From a bacterium (GTDB taxonomy: Bacteria; 4484-113; JAGGVC01), in contig JABRWB010000041.1 of NCBI GenBank assembly GCA_039961635.1, positions 1,448-65,447 of the forward strand: a stretch of 64,000 nt of DNA, given 5' to 3'. Numbering within the stretch: the first letter of the stretch is position 1; each line of letters begins with the position of its first letter. The translations under genes were made by a program, and so were the position numbers. Positions 36,491 to 45,622 of the stretch are shown here, one piece after another. The notes under the pieces are model-generated. The model did no database searches. It saw only the letters and a program-made list of their open reading frames with translations, and was not told the origin of the DNA.

Positions 36491-37486
36491 TCACAATATA
36501 CCGCAATTTTCCCAAAGTACGGTTCGGAGGTTTTCGGCGGCTGCTCTGGCGGCATCGGCAAATCCCTTTTCGCCAAATCGCTCGTATTCTCTGGACTTAT
36601 ATGCGTATATCACGCCCCTGCTGGCGTTGAAAATTGCTCCGGTTCCGTCCGCTCTTGTAAAGCACCTGGCGTCTTCCGGCTTTCCACCTTGCGCGCCAAT
36701 ACCGGGCACCAGAAACCAGGCGTTCGGCAGAATTTCCCTAATCCGGCGGCCTTCTTCCGGGTAAGTGGCGCCAGTGACCGCTCCAATCGAAGAAAAACCT
36801 GACTCCCCGGTTTTGTCCGAGCCCCATTTTGCAATCAACTGCGCGGTTTTCTCCCATATTCGCTCGTTTCCGGATTTCAAATCCTGAAATTCTACGGCAC
36901 TTTTATTGCTCGTTCTGCAAAGAACGAACGCACCCTTACCGTTTTCAAAATAAGGGGCGAACGAAGCGACTGTGTCCCATCCCAAATAAGGCGCCAGGGT
37001 AACCGCATCGCATTCGAGGGTGTTTGGCACTCCAGCAGGCGTTACCGATGCAAGCCAAGCGCGGGCATAGGCGTCGCTTGTAGTTCCTATGTCCCCCCGC
37101 TTGACGTCCATAATCACGATCAGTTCCCTGTTGCGCGCTCGCGCAAGTATGTCACCCAAAATTCTGTATCCGGCCGGGCCAAGCTGTTCAAAAAAAGCAA
37201 TCTGCGGTTTCACGGCGCATGCAAAGTCGGCCGTAGAGTCGATAATTTCGATGCAGAACTTTCTTACGCCCGTGTAAACGGCGCGGGCAAGACTTTTGTC
37301 TTCCCTTCCCGGTCCCAGGGAATCGGGGCTGAATCCACTACGAATTTCGGACAGCAATGGAGAAGGCAAGTCTTCAGGGCGCGGATCCAGCCCGATTACA
37401 AGAACGGATTTTTTTTGCATAACCGACCGGAGCAACCTGTCGCCGAAATTTGTTTTTGCCGCACGTTCCGAAATGTTTTGGTTCAT
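36491..37486 (-). CDS. pyrF: Orotidine-5'-phosphate decarboxylase, type 2 (long form).
   Basis: LVIGLDP...KPQIAFFEQLG...DVKRGDIGTT...PGIGAQGG. Start placed at MNQNIS (37486). Confidence 0.85.
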   Translation of the reverse strand: MNQNISERAAKTNFGDRLLRSVMQKKSVLVIGLDPRPEDLPSPLLSEIRSGFSPDSLGPGREDKSLARAVYTGVRKFCIEIIDSTADFACAVKPQIAFFEQLGPAGYRILGDILARARNRELIVIMDVKRGDIGTTSDAYARAWLASVTPAGVPNTLECDAVTLAPYLGWDTVASFAPYFENGKGAFVLCRTSNKSAVEFQDLKSGNERIWEKTAQLIAKWGSDKTGESGFSSIGAVTGATYPEEGRRIREILPNAWFLVPGIGAQGGKPEDARCFTRADGTGAIFNASRGVIYAYKSREYERFGEKGFADAARAAAENLRTVLWENCGIL

Positions 37487-37616
37487 CCCGATGTTACCGC
37501 CTACTAAGGAGATGGAAATTCGATTATACGAGGCTTTCCCGGCATTACAAGGACTTGGCCTAATTAGATGCAATTCGCAATCTTTCTTCCAATTCGAATA
37601 AGTTGATGCAGTTGTA

Positions 37617-37644
37617 AAATTTATGCTTGCTGACGCATAAATTC
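37617..37644. promoter_or_regulatory. Inverted repeat AAATTTATGC-N8-GCATAAATTC upstream of the pilin gene; candidate operator.
   Basis: Read directly. A weak sigma54-like GG-N9-GC (cGGCttgcttGCttat) follows at about 37660-37675. Confidence 0.35.
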
Positions 37645-37702
37645 ACGGGTATTATTAATCGGCTTGCTTGCTTATGGGCAGGCGCTATTTCAGGAGCCAT
37701 CC

Positions 37703-38089
37703 ATGATTAATTCCCGTTCGAGCGGATTTACGCTTATCGAGCTGATGATTGTAGTGGCGATAATCGCGATTATCGCGGCAACCGCGGTGCCGATAATGCT
37801 TGCATCTAGACAACAAGCGCAAATCAAGTCGGTTATCAGTACGCTACGCAACATTTCGTCGGCGGAGGAAGCCTTTTATCCCAAAAACTGGATTTACGGG
37901 GATTTCATAACGCTTCAAACGAATGGTTTTCTAGATGCACGCTTCTCCGCTAATTCCGTAGAAATGTTCGGATACACGATTGAGATTTCCCTCACAAACG
38001 GAGGTCAGGGTTTCACCGTGGTGGCAACACCCTCCTTCGACGGTCCAACATTCACGTTGACGGAAGACTACGCCATAACCGAATCGTAA
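37703..38089 (+). CDS. Type IV pilin / T2SS pseudopilin (class III signal peptide).
   Basis: MINSRSSG|FTLIELMIVVAIIAIIAATAVP is a prepilin cleavage/methylation motif. Confidence 0.75.
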   Translation: MINSRSSGFTLIELMIVVAIIAIIAATAVPIMLASRQQAQIKSVISTLRNISSAEEAFYPKNWIYGDFITLQTNGFLDARFSANSVEMFGYTIEISLTNGGQGFTVVATPSFDGPTFTLTEDYAITES

Positions 38090-38106
38090 GAAAATTCCGG
38101 TCGCCG

Positions 38107-38781
38107 TCATTTCCAAATCGGATCGCCGTATCGGGGCACAGCGATCGCGCAAAACCTGTTGCGCCTTACTCCTTCGATAGCCAGCCTTAAAAACGCCTGC
38201 ACTTTGGCGTCACTGTGAACGTGGGCAAAGTGGGTGCCGGGAACCAGTATTCTTTGTTGAAAGCCTGCTTGTGCATCGTCATCGAGTGCAATCAGCTCGG
38301 CGTAAGCCATCGCGGAATCACACAATTTGTCAAAAGTGGTTTCAGAAGGGCCGTATTTCCAAGGCGTGCGCGGATCGAATAGTGGATCTTCTGAATCCTT
38401 AAGGCCAACGGCGAAAAATACTTTGCCTTTTCCTCCTTCGCGAACGGCGGCGATTTTTTTCGGATCCGCTATACAAGAATATCCAAGAACCGCAAGAGAG
38501 TCCACCTGGACAATCGGTACGCCGATTGATGATGCAAGCCCGTTCGCAAATGAAATACCGGTTCTCAGCCGAATAAACTTTCCCGGCCCTACGCCTACGG
38601 CTATATGGGTAAGCATATCCGGGCGCAGTCCGAAATCCGACAGTAAACCGGCGACGGATTGCTTTAAAGCCTCGTTTTTTGACTTGTCAAATTCAATTTT
38701 GACCTCTGCCTCTTCCCCGTCCAAATGAACGGCCAAAATACACGTCGGGCCGCTCGTATCAATTGCTAACAGCTTAACCAA
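38107..38781 (-). CDS. tsaB: tRNA threonylcarbamoyladenosine biosynthesis protein TsaB.
   Basis: MVKLLAIDTSGPTCILAV...GVGPGKFIRLRTGISFANGLASSIGVPIVQVDSL. Confidence 0.8.
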   Translation of the reverse strand: MVKLLAIDTSGPTCILAVHLDGEEAEVKIEFDKSKNEALKQSVAGLLSDFGLRPDMLTHIAVGVGPGKFIRLRTGISFANGLASSIGVPIVQVDSLAVLGYSCIADPKKIAAVREGGKGKVFFAVGLKDSEDPLFDPRTPWKYGPSETTFDKLCDSAMAYAELIALDDDAQAGFQQRILVPGTHFAHVHSDAKVQAFLRLAIEGVRRNRFCAIAVPRYGDPIWK

Positions 38782-39241
38782 GAATCAATTCTCCAAGTTC
38801 AGCGCTTATTTCACTGGACGTAGCATTTTGAACTATCTCAAATTCAACGGTACGTTTGTCGCTATTGGCATACTCGAATCGAACTATTAAACCTCCGTAT
38901 TCCGCGTGGTTTTCCAGCCGGTCCGCCCATTCGCAGATCACCAGCCAGGAGTCGTCAAAATATTCCAGAAGACCAAGCTCCCTCATTTTCTCGATTCCGG
39001 ACATTCTGAAAAGATCCAAATGAACGGCGCGGATTCTGCCGTCGATGTATTCTTTAGCAACCAAATATGAAGGAGACGTTGCTTGTTCGGACGCCCCGAT
39101 TCCTTTCAGCAGGCCCTTTGCAAACACCGTTTTTCCGGCACCCAGCGGCCCGATTAGCCAGAAATTGAGCGGCCGCGCAATTCTGGAAGCTATATCGAAT
39201 CCAAGCTGGAACATGCATTCGCGCGAATCAAAAATGCGCAC
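38774..39241 (-). CDS. tsaE: tRNA t6A ATPase TsaE.
   Basis: FWLIGPLGAGKTVFAKGLLKGIG...SPSYLVAKEY is a Walker A plus the TsaE SPT/Y motif. Confidence 0.8.
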   Translation of the reverse strand: MRIFDSRECMFQLGFDIASRIARPLNFWLIGPLGAGKTVFAKGLLKGIGASEQATSPSYLVAKEYIDGRIRAVHLDLFRMSGIEKMRELGLLEYFDDSWLVICEWADRLENHAEYGGLIVRFEYANSDKRTVEFEIVQNATSSEISAELGELILG

Positions 39242-39260
39242 GGATGAAGTATACCAAGCA

Positions 39261-40166
39261 TTACCGAATTACTCGGTTTCTCAAATCGCCCAGAACCGCC
39301 TTGGTTAGGTCACGTCCTGAAGGAATTAATACATAATCGCTTGATGTACGTGCTGCCCATCGGGAAAGCTCGGATTGAAGTTCCGCCAGCCTTTCGACAT
39401 ACATCTTGAATACTGAACTTCCCATGCTAACTTCCACTCGTTCGCCAGATTCGGAATCCAGCAGCTCCAAATCGCCGGACAATTCCGGCTTTATTTCTTC
39501 TGGAAGAAGCACTTGGATAAGCGCCACCTGGTTTCCTCTGCCGACAAGCCCGGAAAGCGCACGAGCGGGAAAAGGAAACAGAAAGTCGGAAATAATCGCG
39601 ACAACGCCCGGCGCTTGTTTAAGTGCAAGGAACTCGGCTACCGCCTGAACAAGCGACGTTTTCCCGTCAGCCTTTTGCGCCTCGAGTATTTTGAACAGGT
39701 GGACGAATTTGCTGCGCCCGCGTGTCGGTCTTTGAATCACACCAAGGTCGGTATCGAAAACGGCTACCGATACCCTTTCCAGGTTTGAAAGCGAGATATA
39801 TGCCAACGCCGCGGCGAGCCTTCGTGCGTAATCGAACTTGGGCGGCGTGCCGAACGACATCGATTTCGAGGAATCCACGAGAAGGTACAGCGTCAAATCC
39901 TCCTCTTCGACGAACAACTTTACGAAATAGCGTTCTATCCGACCATAGAGGTTCCAATCGATTCGCCTGATATCGTCGCCCGGCATGTATTGCCTGAAAT
40001 CGTGGAATTCAACACTCTGTCCGAGCTTTCGGCTGCGTTTTTCCCCTCGGAGCTTGCCTCGAAACATCTTTTTGGCGATTATCTGCAGTTGCTCAAGCTG
40101 GGACATGAATGCGGCATCAAAAAGAGCTGAAGCCGAATCAGTAGGTTGAGTATTCGAAGTTTCCAC
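39261..40166 (-). CDS. DUF58-domain protein (vWA-like partner of MoxR ATPases).
   Basis: FHDFRQYMPGDDIRRIDWNLYGRIERYFVKLFVEEEDLTLYLLVDSSKSM. Confidence 0.75.
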   Translation of the reverse strand: METSNTQPTDSASALFDAAFMSQLEQLQIIAKKMFRGKLRGEKRSRKLGQSVEFHDFRQYMPGDDIRRIDWNLYGRIERYFVKLFVEEEDLTLYLLVDSSKSMSFGTPPKFDYARRLAAALAYISLSNLERVSVAVFDTDLGVIQRPTRGRSKFVHLFKILEAQKADGKTSLVQAVAEFLALKQAPGVVAIISDFLFPFPARALSGLVGRGNQVALIQVLLPEEIKPELSGDLELLDSESGERVEVSMGSSVFKMYVERLAELQSELSRWAARTSSDYVLIPSGRDLTKAVLGDLRNRVIR

Positions 40167-40194
40167 GAATCGATTTTACCAGCCCCAGGTATCC

Positions 40195-41577
40195 CTAATC
40201 CCGGGAGTCGCCAGAATATCTTTCCGGCCACAACTTCTTAAGCTTTTCGGCCAGCTTCGCCTCATAACCGCGGGAAGACGGCCTATATAACACACTTCCA
40301 TCTATTTCATCCGGCAAGTACTTCTGCGGGCTGAAGGCTCCCGGGTGATCGTGCTGGTAGTCGTAATCCTTTCCGTATCCCAGCTCTTTCATCAGTCTTG
40401 TCGGCGCATTGCGGATGTGCAAAGGAACCGGCAGGCTGCCGGTGTCCTCGATTAGCCGGCGGGCCGTACCAACCGCGAGGTACGCCTTGTTTGACTTCGG
40501 GGCGCATGCCAAGTATATGGCCAGCTCTGCAAGGTGAACGTCGCACTCCGGCAGCCCCACGAACTCGACGGCGTCTTTCACCGCGACGGCAAGCACGAGT
40601 GCATTTGGATCGGCCAATCCGATATCCTCCGCCGCCATCCGAATCATCCTTCGTACAAGGTATTTCGGGTCTTCGCCTCCCGCAAGCATACGCATCAGCC
40701 AGTAAAGCGCACCGTCAGGATCGCTTCCCCGAACCGCCTTGTGCAGAGCACTTATCTGGTCAAAATGCTCCTCGCCCTCCTTGTCGTAGCGCACGGCCTT
40801 TTCCTGCAGCGCTTCCTTCAGAAGTTCCTCCGTAAGCTCCACGGTGGCCGGTTCGTAATCTTTAGCTTCCGGATGTCTTGCTAAATAAATCTCGACTGCA
40901 AGCTCGAGCGTGTTGAGTGCAAATCTTGCATCGCCGTCAGACACCTGCGCAATTCTATGCAGGTCTTGGTCGGACACTACTATTTTGAGCGTTCCAAGGC
41001 CGCGCTCGGTTTCCGAAAGAGCGTTTTGCAATATCGAAACTATTGAATCGGCATTCAGAGGCTGCAAAACCAATACTTTGCATCTTGATAGTAGCGGCCC
41101 GATAACCTCGAAGCTCGGATTCTCGGTTGTTGCACCGATAAGCGTGATTGTCCCGTTTTCGACATGGGGCAGGAACGCGTCCTGCTGGGCTTTGTTGAAC
41201 CGATGAATCTCGTCAACGAAAAGGATCGTTGGCTTTCCGAACATGGATCGGTGGGTACCGGCCTTATCAACGACCTCTTTTACATCCTTGATGCCGCTCG
41301 TAACCGCGGATAGTTTAATAAACTGCGCTCCTGTCGCTTCCGCGATTATGTTGGCAAGCGACGTTTTTCCACATCCCGGCGGCCCCCAAAGTATCAGCGA
41401 TGGCATATTGTCGCTGACAATCAGATTCCGCAGCAATTTGCCCTCGCCGACTAAATGCTCCTGTCCTGCGAACTCGTCGAGCGTCCGAGGGCGCATCCTT
41501 TCGGCTAATGGCGCGTTTAACCCAGCCACAAGCCAATTATAAGCGCATCTTCGGATGTGGGATCTTATCGGACGCAA
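40195..41577 (-). CDS. rarA: Replication-associated recombination protein A (AAA+ ATPase).
   Basis: [20 protein letters not shown]...[19 protein letters not shown]...[20 protein letters not shown]. Confidence 0.85.
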   Translation of the reverse strand: MRPIRSHIRRCAYNWLVAGLNAPLAERMRPRTLDEFAGQEHLVGEGKLLRNLIVSDNMPSLILWGPPGCGKTSLANIIAEATGAQFIKLSAVTSGIKDVKEVVDKAGTHRSMFGKPTILFVDEIHRFNKAQQDAFLPHVENGTITLIGATTENPSFEVIGPLLSRCKVLVLQPLNADSIVSILQNALSETERGLGTLKIVVSDQDLHRIAQVSDGDARFALNTLELAVEIYLARHPEAKDYEPATVELTEELLKEALQEKAVRYDKEGEEHFDQISALHKAVRGSDPDGALYWLMRMLAGGEDPKYLVRRMIRMAAEDIGLADPNALVLAVAVKDAVEFVGLPECDVHLAELAIYLACAPKSNKAYLAVGTARRLIEDTGSLPVPLHIRNAPTRLMKELGYGKDYDYQHDHPGAFSPQKYLPDEIDGSVLYRPSSRGYEAKLAEKLKKLWPERYSGDSRD

Positions 41578-41655
41578 TTTCGATTTGTGAACTCATACCT
41601 TTTAAATTCCGTCTTGAAATGCTGTCCGACTGACGTTACCTTGAGGTACAATCGG

Positions 41656-41669
41656 GCCGGGATCCGGGC
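41656..41669. promoter_or_regulatory. 14-bp perfect palindrome GCCGGGATCCGGGC in the rarA / lptC-like divergent region.
   Basis: Read directly. A CGATTTGTGAAC 12-mer at about 41581 is identical to one at about 18874. Confidence 0.25.
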
Positions 41670-41714
41670 CGGTTGCAATTTCAGCCCGCAAAGGAACCCT
41701 TCGGCAAGGGGAAA

Positions 41715-43961
41715 ATGGTATTAAAACAAGATATAAGCCGCGCGCGTGCTTTTGCGTCCGTTGCGCGAATAACCAAGGCGGTCTTGGCAATCGTCACTAT
41801 TGCCGCGGTTATTGGCGGCGTCAATCTGATTTTCTACAATTCTGAACGCGAAATAAACGCCATTGTCAACAGGCCACGCCAGGCGAAATACAGCATCGCG
41901 CTAAACGAGAACCGGGCTACGGGTATAAACGATCGCGGGGAAATCGTCTGGGAAATCGAGAGTGAAAAAGTGACCGTTTCCGCACGCGAAGACCAGTATG
42001 AATTTCATAAGGCTACCGCCCGGTTTTTTGACAGCCAGGGTCCGAACCTGTATATCGAAGTCGAGAAAATCGTGTACGACGAGCCTTCCCAGGATCTTCA
42101 TCTTCTTGGCGGAGTGCACCTTTTAACCAGAGATGAAATGGCCGTCTCAACCGAGGAAGTCCACTGGCGGCACTATTCCAATCAATTCATCTTTCCGAAG
42201 CAGGTCGAACTTCGTACAAAGGAAGGAAATTTGGTTTCCGCAGATTACATGCACGGGGATAAAAACCTTCGCCAGCTTTTCTTCGTGGGTCATTGCCAGA
42301 TTAAAATCATTGAACTCAAAGACACAAAATTCATTAGCGACCGCGAGCTTACGAAAACACAGCTCAAGCTCCAGGACTTCAAAAACATCTTCATTTCGGC
42401 AGACAAGGTCTATTACGACAAGGAGCTCGAGGTTACTGTCGCTGTAAGTTCGTTTTCCGACAAACAGTATAATGTGACCGATCCCCGGACAGGAATGCCG
42501 GTTGAAATCGACTACGGCGACGAGCCGCCCGGTCAGATTTATTTTCGGAAGGGAGAAATCGAGCTGGTCGCCAATCACGTGGAAGTCCATCAAAAGGACT
42601 CCTGGGCGAAATGCTACGGCAACGTGCAAATGAGGATCAATCCAGCGGAGATTAAGCCAAACGACGCTCCCGCCCTGCGTTCGATGAAAAAGCGTACGAC
42701 CCTGATTACCGCCAACGACATAGAATACTTTTGGGATTCGGACTACGCGCGCACGTACGGCAGAAGCGTTGTCATGCAAGACGATCGCAGGGCCGGCGCC
42801 TGGGGAGTCACCTATTACGGCAAGTTCCAGGATGACGAAACCGGCCAATTGCGCAAGGTTGTGTGGCTGGATGACGAGATTTTTATTTTTCAAGGCAGCG
42901 GAGAGTGGCTTAAGGAAGACGAGGTTCTAAAAGATTTTAAAAATCCGGATGTCGAGAAGATGTTATTTGAGGCGGTCAAAGTCACCGGCGATAAAGCCGT
43001 GTTGTTTCTTGATTCGGCGGATATTTACGGAGCCGGAAACGTCCGCGTGAGGCAAAAAGATAAAATCGCGACTTGCGACGAGATGCTGTTTGACGACAAG
43101 AAAAAGAAATTCACATGTCAAGGACACGTCCTGTACGTCAACAAGAAGGATGAAAGTTTTACGGGCGAGCAGATCATCTTTTTCTCGGATTCTGACGACA
43201 TCGAGGTAAACGGCAAAGCCGACGCTTCGATAAGAATCCCGCCGAAGTACACGAAAAAATTTGACGAAGTTAAGCGCAGTCTGGCGGAACGCGGTGCAAA
43301 AAACACATCCGACGAAGAGGCCGTCGCGATTGCCGAAGCGGAGCGGGCCAAGTGGCGCGAGGAGAACAAGCCCTGGGAATTTCTGCCCGGATGGATTGAC
43401 GACGTGCTGCTGCCGGGATTTGGCAAAGGAAGCCGTCCCTTATTTCCAGAAGCCCCGGCTGAAGCGTTTTCGGCGGACGGATTTGATTGGATGCAGAGAT
43501 TGTCGGGCGACGAGGTAGGAATTACACCGTGGAAAAAGGACGGCGCGGCGCCGGGCCAACCCGGATTTGGCCGTTCCGGTGATGCCGAGGTTCTTCCCGA
43601 AGGCATTCCCTTGGCTCCGCCGCAAGTTTCGGGACTTTCGGGGCGAGATGCGGTCAGCGAAAAGAGGCGCGAACTCGGATTGGAAGATCCAAGAGAGGTT
43701 CCGGGGCGATTGCCGCTCTCCCCTCCGACCGGAGGCGAGTTCATTCCCCCTCCAATAAAGGAATCTGGCGAAAAAAGTGCAGACGGACCACTGGAGCTTT
43801 TTTTCAAACTCCAGGACGATATGAATTCAAGGCACGACAACTCATCAGGAGACTCAGGTAAATCGGGCGAATCCAACGACATTCCAGCCGACAGCGGTAA
43901 CAAAAGAGATCCGGGCGATGCGATTGTCATCGAACCGCGCAAGGATGTGGATGACAAATGA
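41715..43961 (+). CDS. Giant LptC-like protein: N-terminal TM anchor, multiple OstA/LptC-like beta-jellyroll repeats, and a Pro/Gly/Glu-rich disordered tail (about 750 aa).
   Basis: TM segment AVLAIVTIAAVIGGVNLIFY, then alternating-hydrophobic beta patterns typical of LptC/LptA (GGVHLLTRDEMAVSTEEVHW...). Start placed at ATG 41715 with a GGGGAAA SD. The six-frame track's TTG start (41673) was rejected. Confidence 0.55.
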   Translation: MVLKQDISRARAFASVARITKAVLAIVTIAAVIGGVNLIFYNSEREINAIVNRPRQAKYSIALNENRATGINDRGEIVWEIESEKVTVSAREDQYEFHKATARFFDSQGPNLYIEVEKIVYDEPSQDLHLLGGVHLLTRDEMAVSTEEVHWRHYSNQFIFPKQVELRTKEGNLVSADYMHGDKNLRQLFFVGHCQIKIIELKDTKFISDRELTKTQLKLQDFKNIFISADKVYYDKELEVTVAVSSFSDKQYNVTDPRTGMPVEIDYGDEPPGQIYFRKGEIELVANHVEVHQKDSWAKCYGNVQMRINPAEIKPNDAPALRSMKKRTTLITANDIEYFWDSDYARTYGRSVVMQDDRRAGAWGVTYYGKFQDDETGQLRKVVWLDDEIFIFQGSGEWLKEDEVLKDFKNPDVEKMLFEAVKVTGDKAVLFLDSADIYGAGNVRVRQKDKIATCDEMLFDDKKKKFTCQGHVLYVNKKDESFTGEQIIFFSDSDDIEVNGKADASIRIPPKYTKKFDEVKRSLAERGAKNTSDEEAVAIAEAERAKWREENKPWEFLPGWIDDVLLPGFGKGSRPLFPEAPAEAFSADGFDWMQRLSGDEVGITPWKKDGAAPGQPGFGRSGDAEVLPEGIPLAPPQVSGLSGRDAVSEKRRELGLEDPREVPGRLPLSPPTGGEFIPPPIKESGEKSADGPLELFFKLQDDMNSRHDNSSGDSGKSGESNDIPADSGNKRDPGDAIVIEPRKDVDDK

Positions 43962-45352
43962 AGTCTGTCAGTTTGTCGGCTTCAAAATTGATTGCTTGTT
44001 TGGTGTTACTTTTATTCGCATTGCAGTTTGCGCTTGGCACGCGGGCGTTGGCCCAAGAAAGTGGCGCGGATTCCACTGAGTACGGCGAATCAGAACCGGA
44101 GCAGGGCAAGTACACGCGGCGCGGATTTGTCCGGATGTTTATCCCCAATGGGCGGATTACCGGCAATACAACCGACAAGCTTTATCATGTGGAAGGCGGC
44201 CTTGAAGTTTATTACTTCGATGTCAAGATTACGGCGGACGAGGCGGATATTGACCAAAACACCGAAACTGCCACGCTTTCCGGAAATGTTTTTTTCGAGG
44301 ATCCGGAATATCGAATCACTTGCAACAAGCTTTTTGTGGATTACAAAAACAACTGGATGAGCGCGGAAGGATTCGTGCAGTTCAACCGGTACAACGAAGG
44401 CAAGGCCAAAGTCGTTGAAACTCTGTCCAAGCGCAACCGTTTGATTACAGTGTTGAAAAACAAAACAACCAAAGTTTATTGTGGCAAGCTCAATTACAAT
44501 TGGGATACTGAAGACTTTTCGGCAGAAGGCGAAGTCAAGGTTGTACAGGAAGGTCTGACAATAGAAGCTTCCGAAATGAGCTACGAAAAGGCAACCGGCA
44601 ATTACTCGTTGTCTGGAGATGTCGTCTTGGTAATGGACAACTACGACTGGCTTTACCAGGCAAAGGTGGTAGCGCAGGAAGATGCGGACTTGGTCAAATC
44701 CCTAACCAAACGCAAGACGACGATCAAGTGCGAAAGCATGCTTGTGAACGACGAAAATGGCAACGTGCGCTGTCTTAAGGGGACCGGAGAGGACCGCGTG
44801 ACTGTGGATCAGGGCGATAAAAGGCTTGAATGCGACGATTTGGCGGTTGACGATGCAAAGAAAACAATGACAACCAAGGGCAATGTCAAATACTGGCAAA
44901 AGGACGGCAACTGGCTCGTCGAAGGCGGCCTTATTAAACGGGAAGAAGCGGAGAAGGAACTTCTTGACGAAATACAGGAACCGATGACAATCCTAGCCGA
45001 AACCATGCTTTTTGATTATGACAAGCGTAAGATGGAAGGCCTGGCGGGAGATGGTGAAACAATCAAAATCGAAGGCCGAAAGGGCAGGGGAGCCCAATCG
45101 AAGAAAATGACCTTCGACGACAAGGAAAAGCTTCTTGAAATGTCCGGCGGCGTGATTATTAATTCCGGCGAGGAATTTCTTTATTGCGATTCATTGTCGG
45201 CTGATACAGACAACAAGGTATATATTTTCAGCGGGGACGTGGACGGATTTTTCATGTATCAGAACCGCGAAAAGAAGGGCGAAGCCGAAGAAATCGCGCC
45301 AGCGGATTCGGGCAACGCTAATGGAAGTCAATCCCGCGAGTCGACGCGGTAA
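43958..45352 (+). CDS. Extended LptA/OstA-like periplasmic protein (464 aa, signal peptide), translationally coupled to the LptC-like gene.
   Basis: Signal peptide. OstA_N-like pattern LSGNVFFEDPEYRITCNKLFVDYKNNWMSAEGFVQF repeated several times. ATGA overlap with the upstream stop. Confidence 0.55.
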   Translation: MKSVSLSASKLIACLVLLLFALQFALGTRALAQESGADSTEYGESEPEQGKYTRRGFVRMFIPNGRITGNTTDKLYHVEGGLEVYYFDVKITADEADIDQNTETATLSGNVFFEDPEYRITCNKLFVDYKNNWMSAEGFVQFNRYNEGKAKVVETLSKRNRLITVLKNKTTKVYCGKLNYNWDTEDFSAEGEVKVVQEGLTIEASEMSYEKATGNYSLSGDVVLVMDNYDWLYQAKVVAQEDADLVKSLTKRKTTIKCESMLVNDENGNVRCLKGTGEDRVTVDQGDKRLECDDLAVDDAKKTMTTKGNVKYWQKDGNWLVEGGLIKREEAEKELLDEIQEPMTILAETMLFDYDKRKMEGLAGDGETIKIEGRKGRGAQSKKMTFDDKEKLLEMSGGVIINSGEEFLYCDSLSADTDNKVYIFSGDVDGFFMYQNREKKGEAEEIAPADSGNANGSQSRESTR

Positions 45353-45379
45353 CGCGCGCCGTCCGGCGCTGGTTTGAGC

Positions 45380-45601
45380 CTAGAACTCCGCGTGAAAATG
45401 CTGGTCAAGGATGGCCTGCAGCTTGTTCCAGTGCCCGACTTCTTCTTCGGCCAATTCGAGCATAAGCGCCTTGATGCCGGGATCGTCTACGTTTTCGGCA
45501 ATTTTGCGGTAAACGGCTTCCGCCTTTCGCTCCTGGCGCTGGGCGAAATGAATCGCATCCACCGGATCTGAAAAAGTGAACTCGGTCGAGTGTCCTTCCA
45601 T
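45380..45601 (-). CDS. Two-helix ferritin-like (rubrerythrin/EncFtn-like) mini-protein, 73 aa.
   Basis: AIHFAQRQERKAEAVYRKIAE...LMLELAEEEVGHWNKL gives an ExxH diiron half-site. Confidence 0.5.
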   Translation of the reverse strand: MEGHSTEFTFSDPVDAIHFAQRQERKAEAVYRKIAENVDDPGIKALMLELAEEEVGHWNKLQAILDQHFHAEF

Positions 45602-45622
45602 TTGGCGCTCCTTAATTGACTA

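Noticed and set aside
36337-36576. 79-aa ORF between pyrF and the class-V aminotransferase.
   Set aside because: It overlaps the pyrF 3' end in another frame and the aminotransferase leader. It has no SD and its composition is poor.
37655-37680. Sigma54 -24/-12 promoter for the pilin gene.
   Set aside because: GG and GC elements are present, but the spacing is 9 rather than 10, and no TGGCAC/TTGCA context. Kept only as a low-confidence note.
41673-41714. TTG start for the LptC-like gene, as given in the ORF track.
   Set aside because: An ATG with a GGGGAAA SD lies 42 nt downstream, just before the TM segment; the TTG extension adds only charged junk.
45380-45601. Encapsulin cargo (EncFtn) interpretation of the mini-ferritin.
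   Set aside because: No encapsulin shell gene within about 10 kb, and no obvious C-terminal targeting peptide. Kept as a generic ferritin-like protein.
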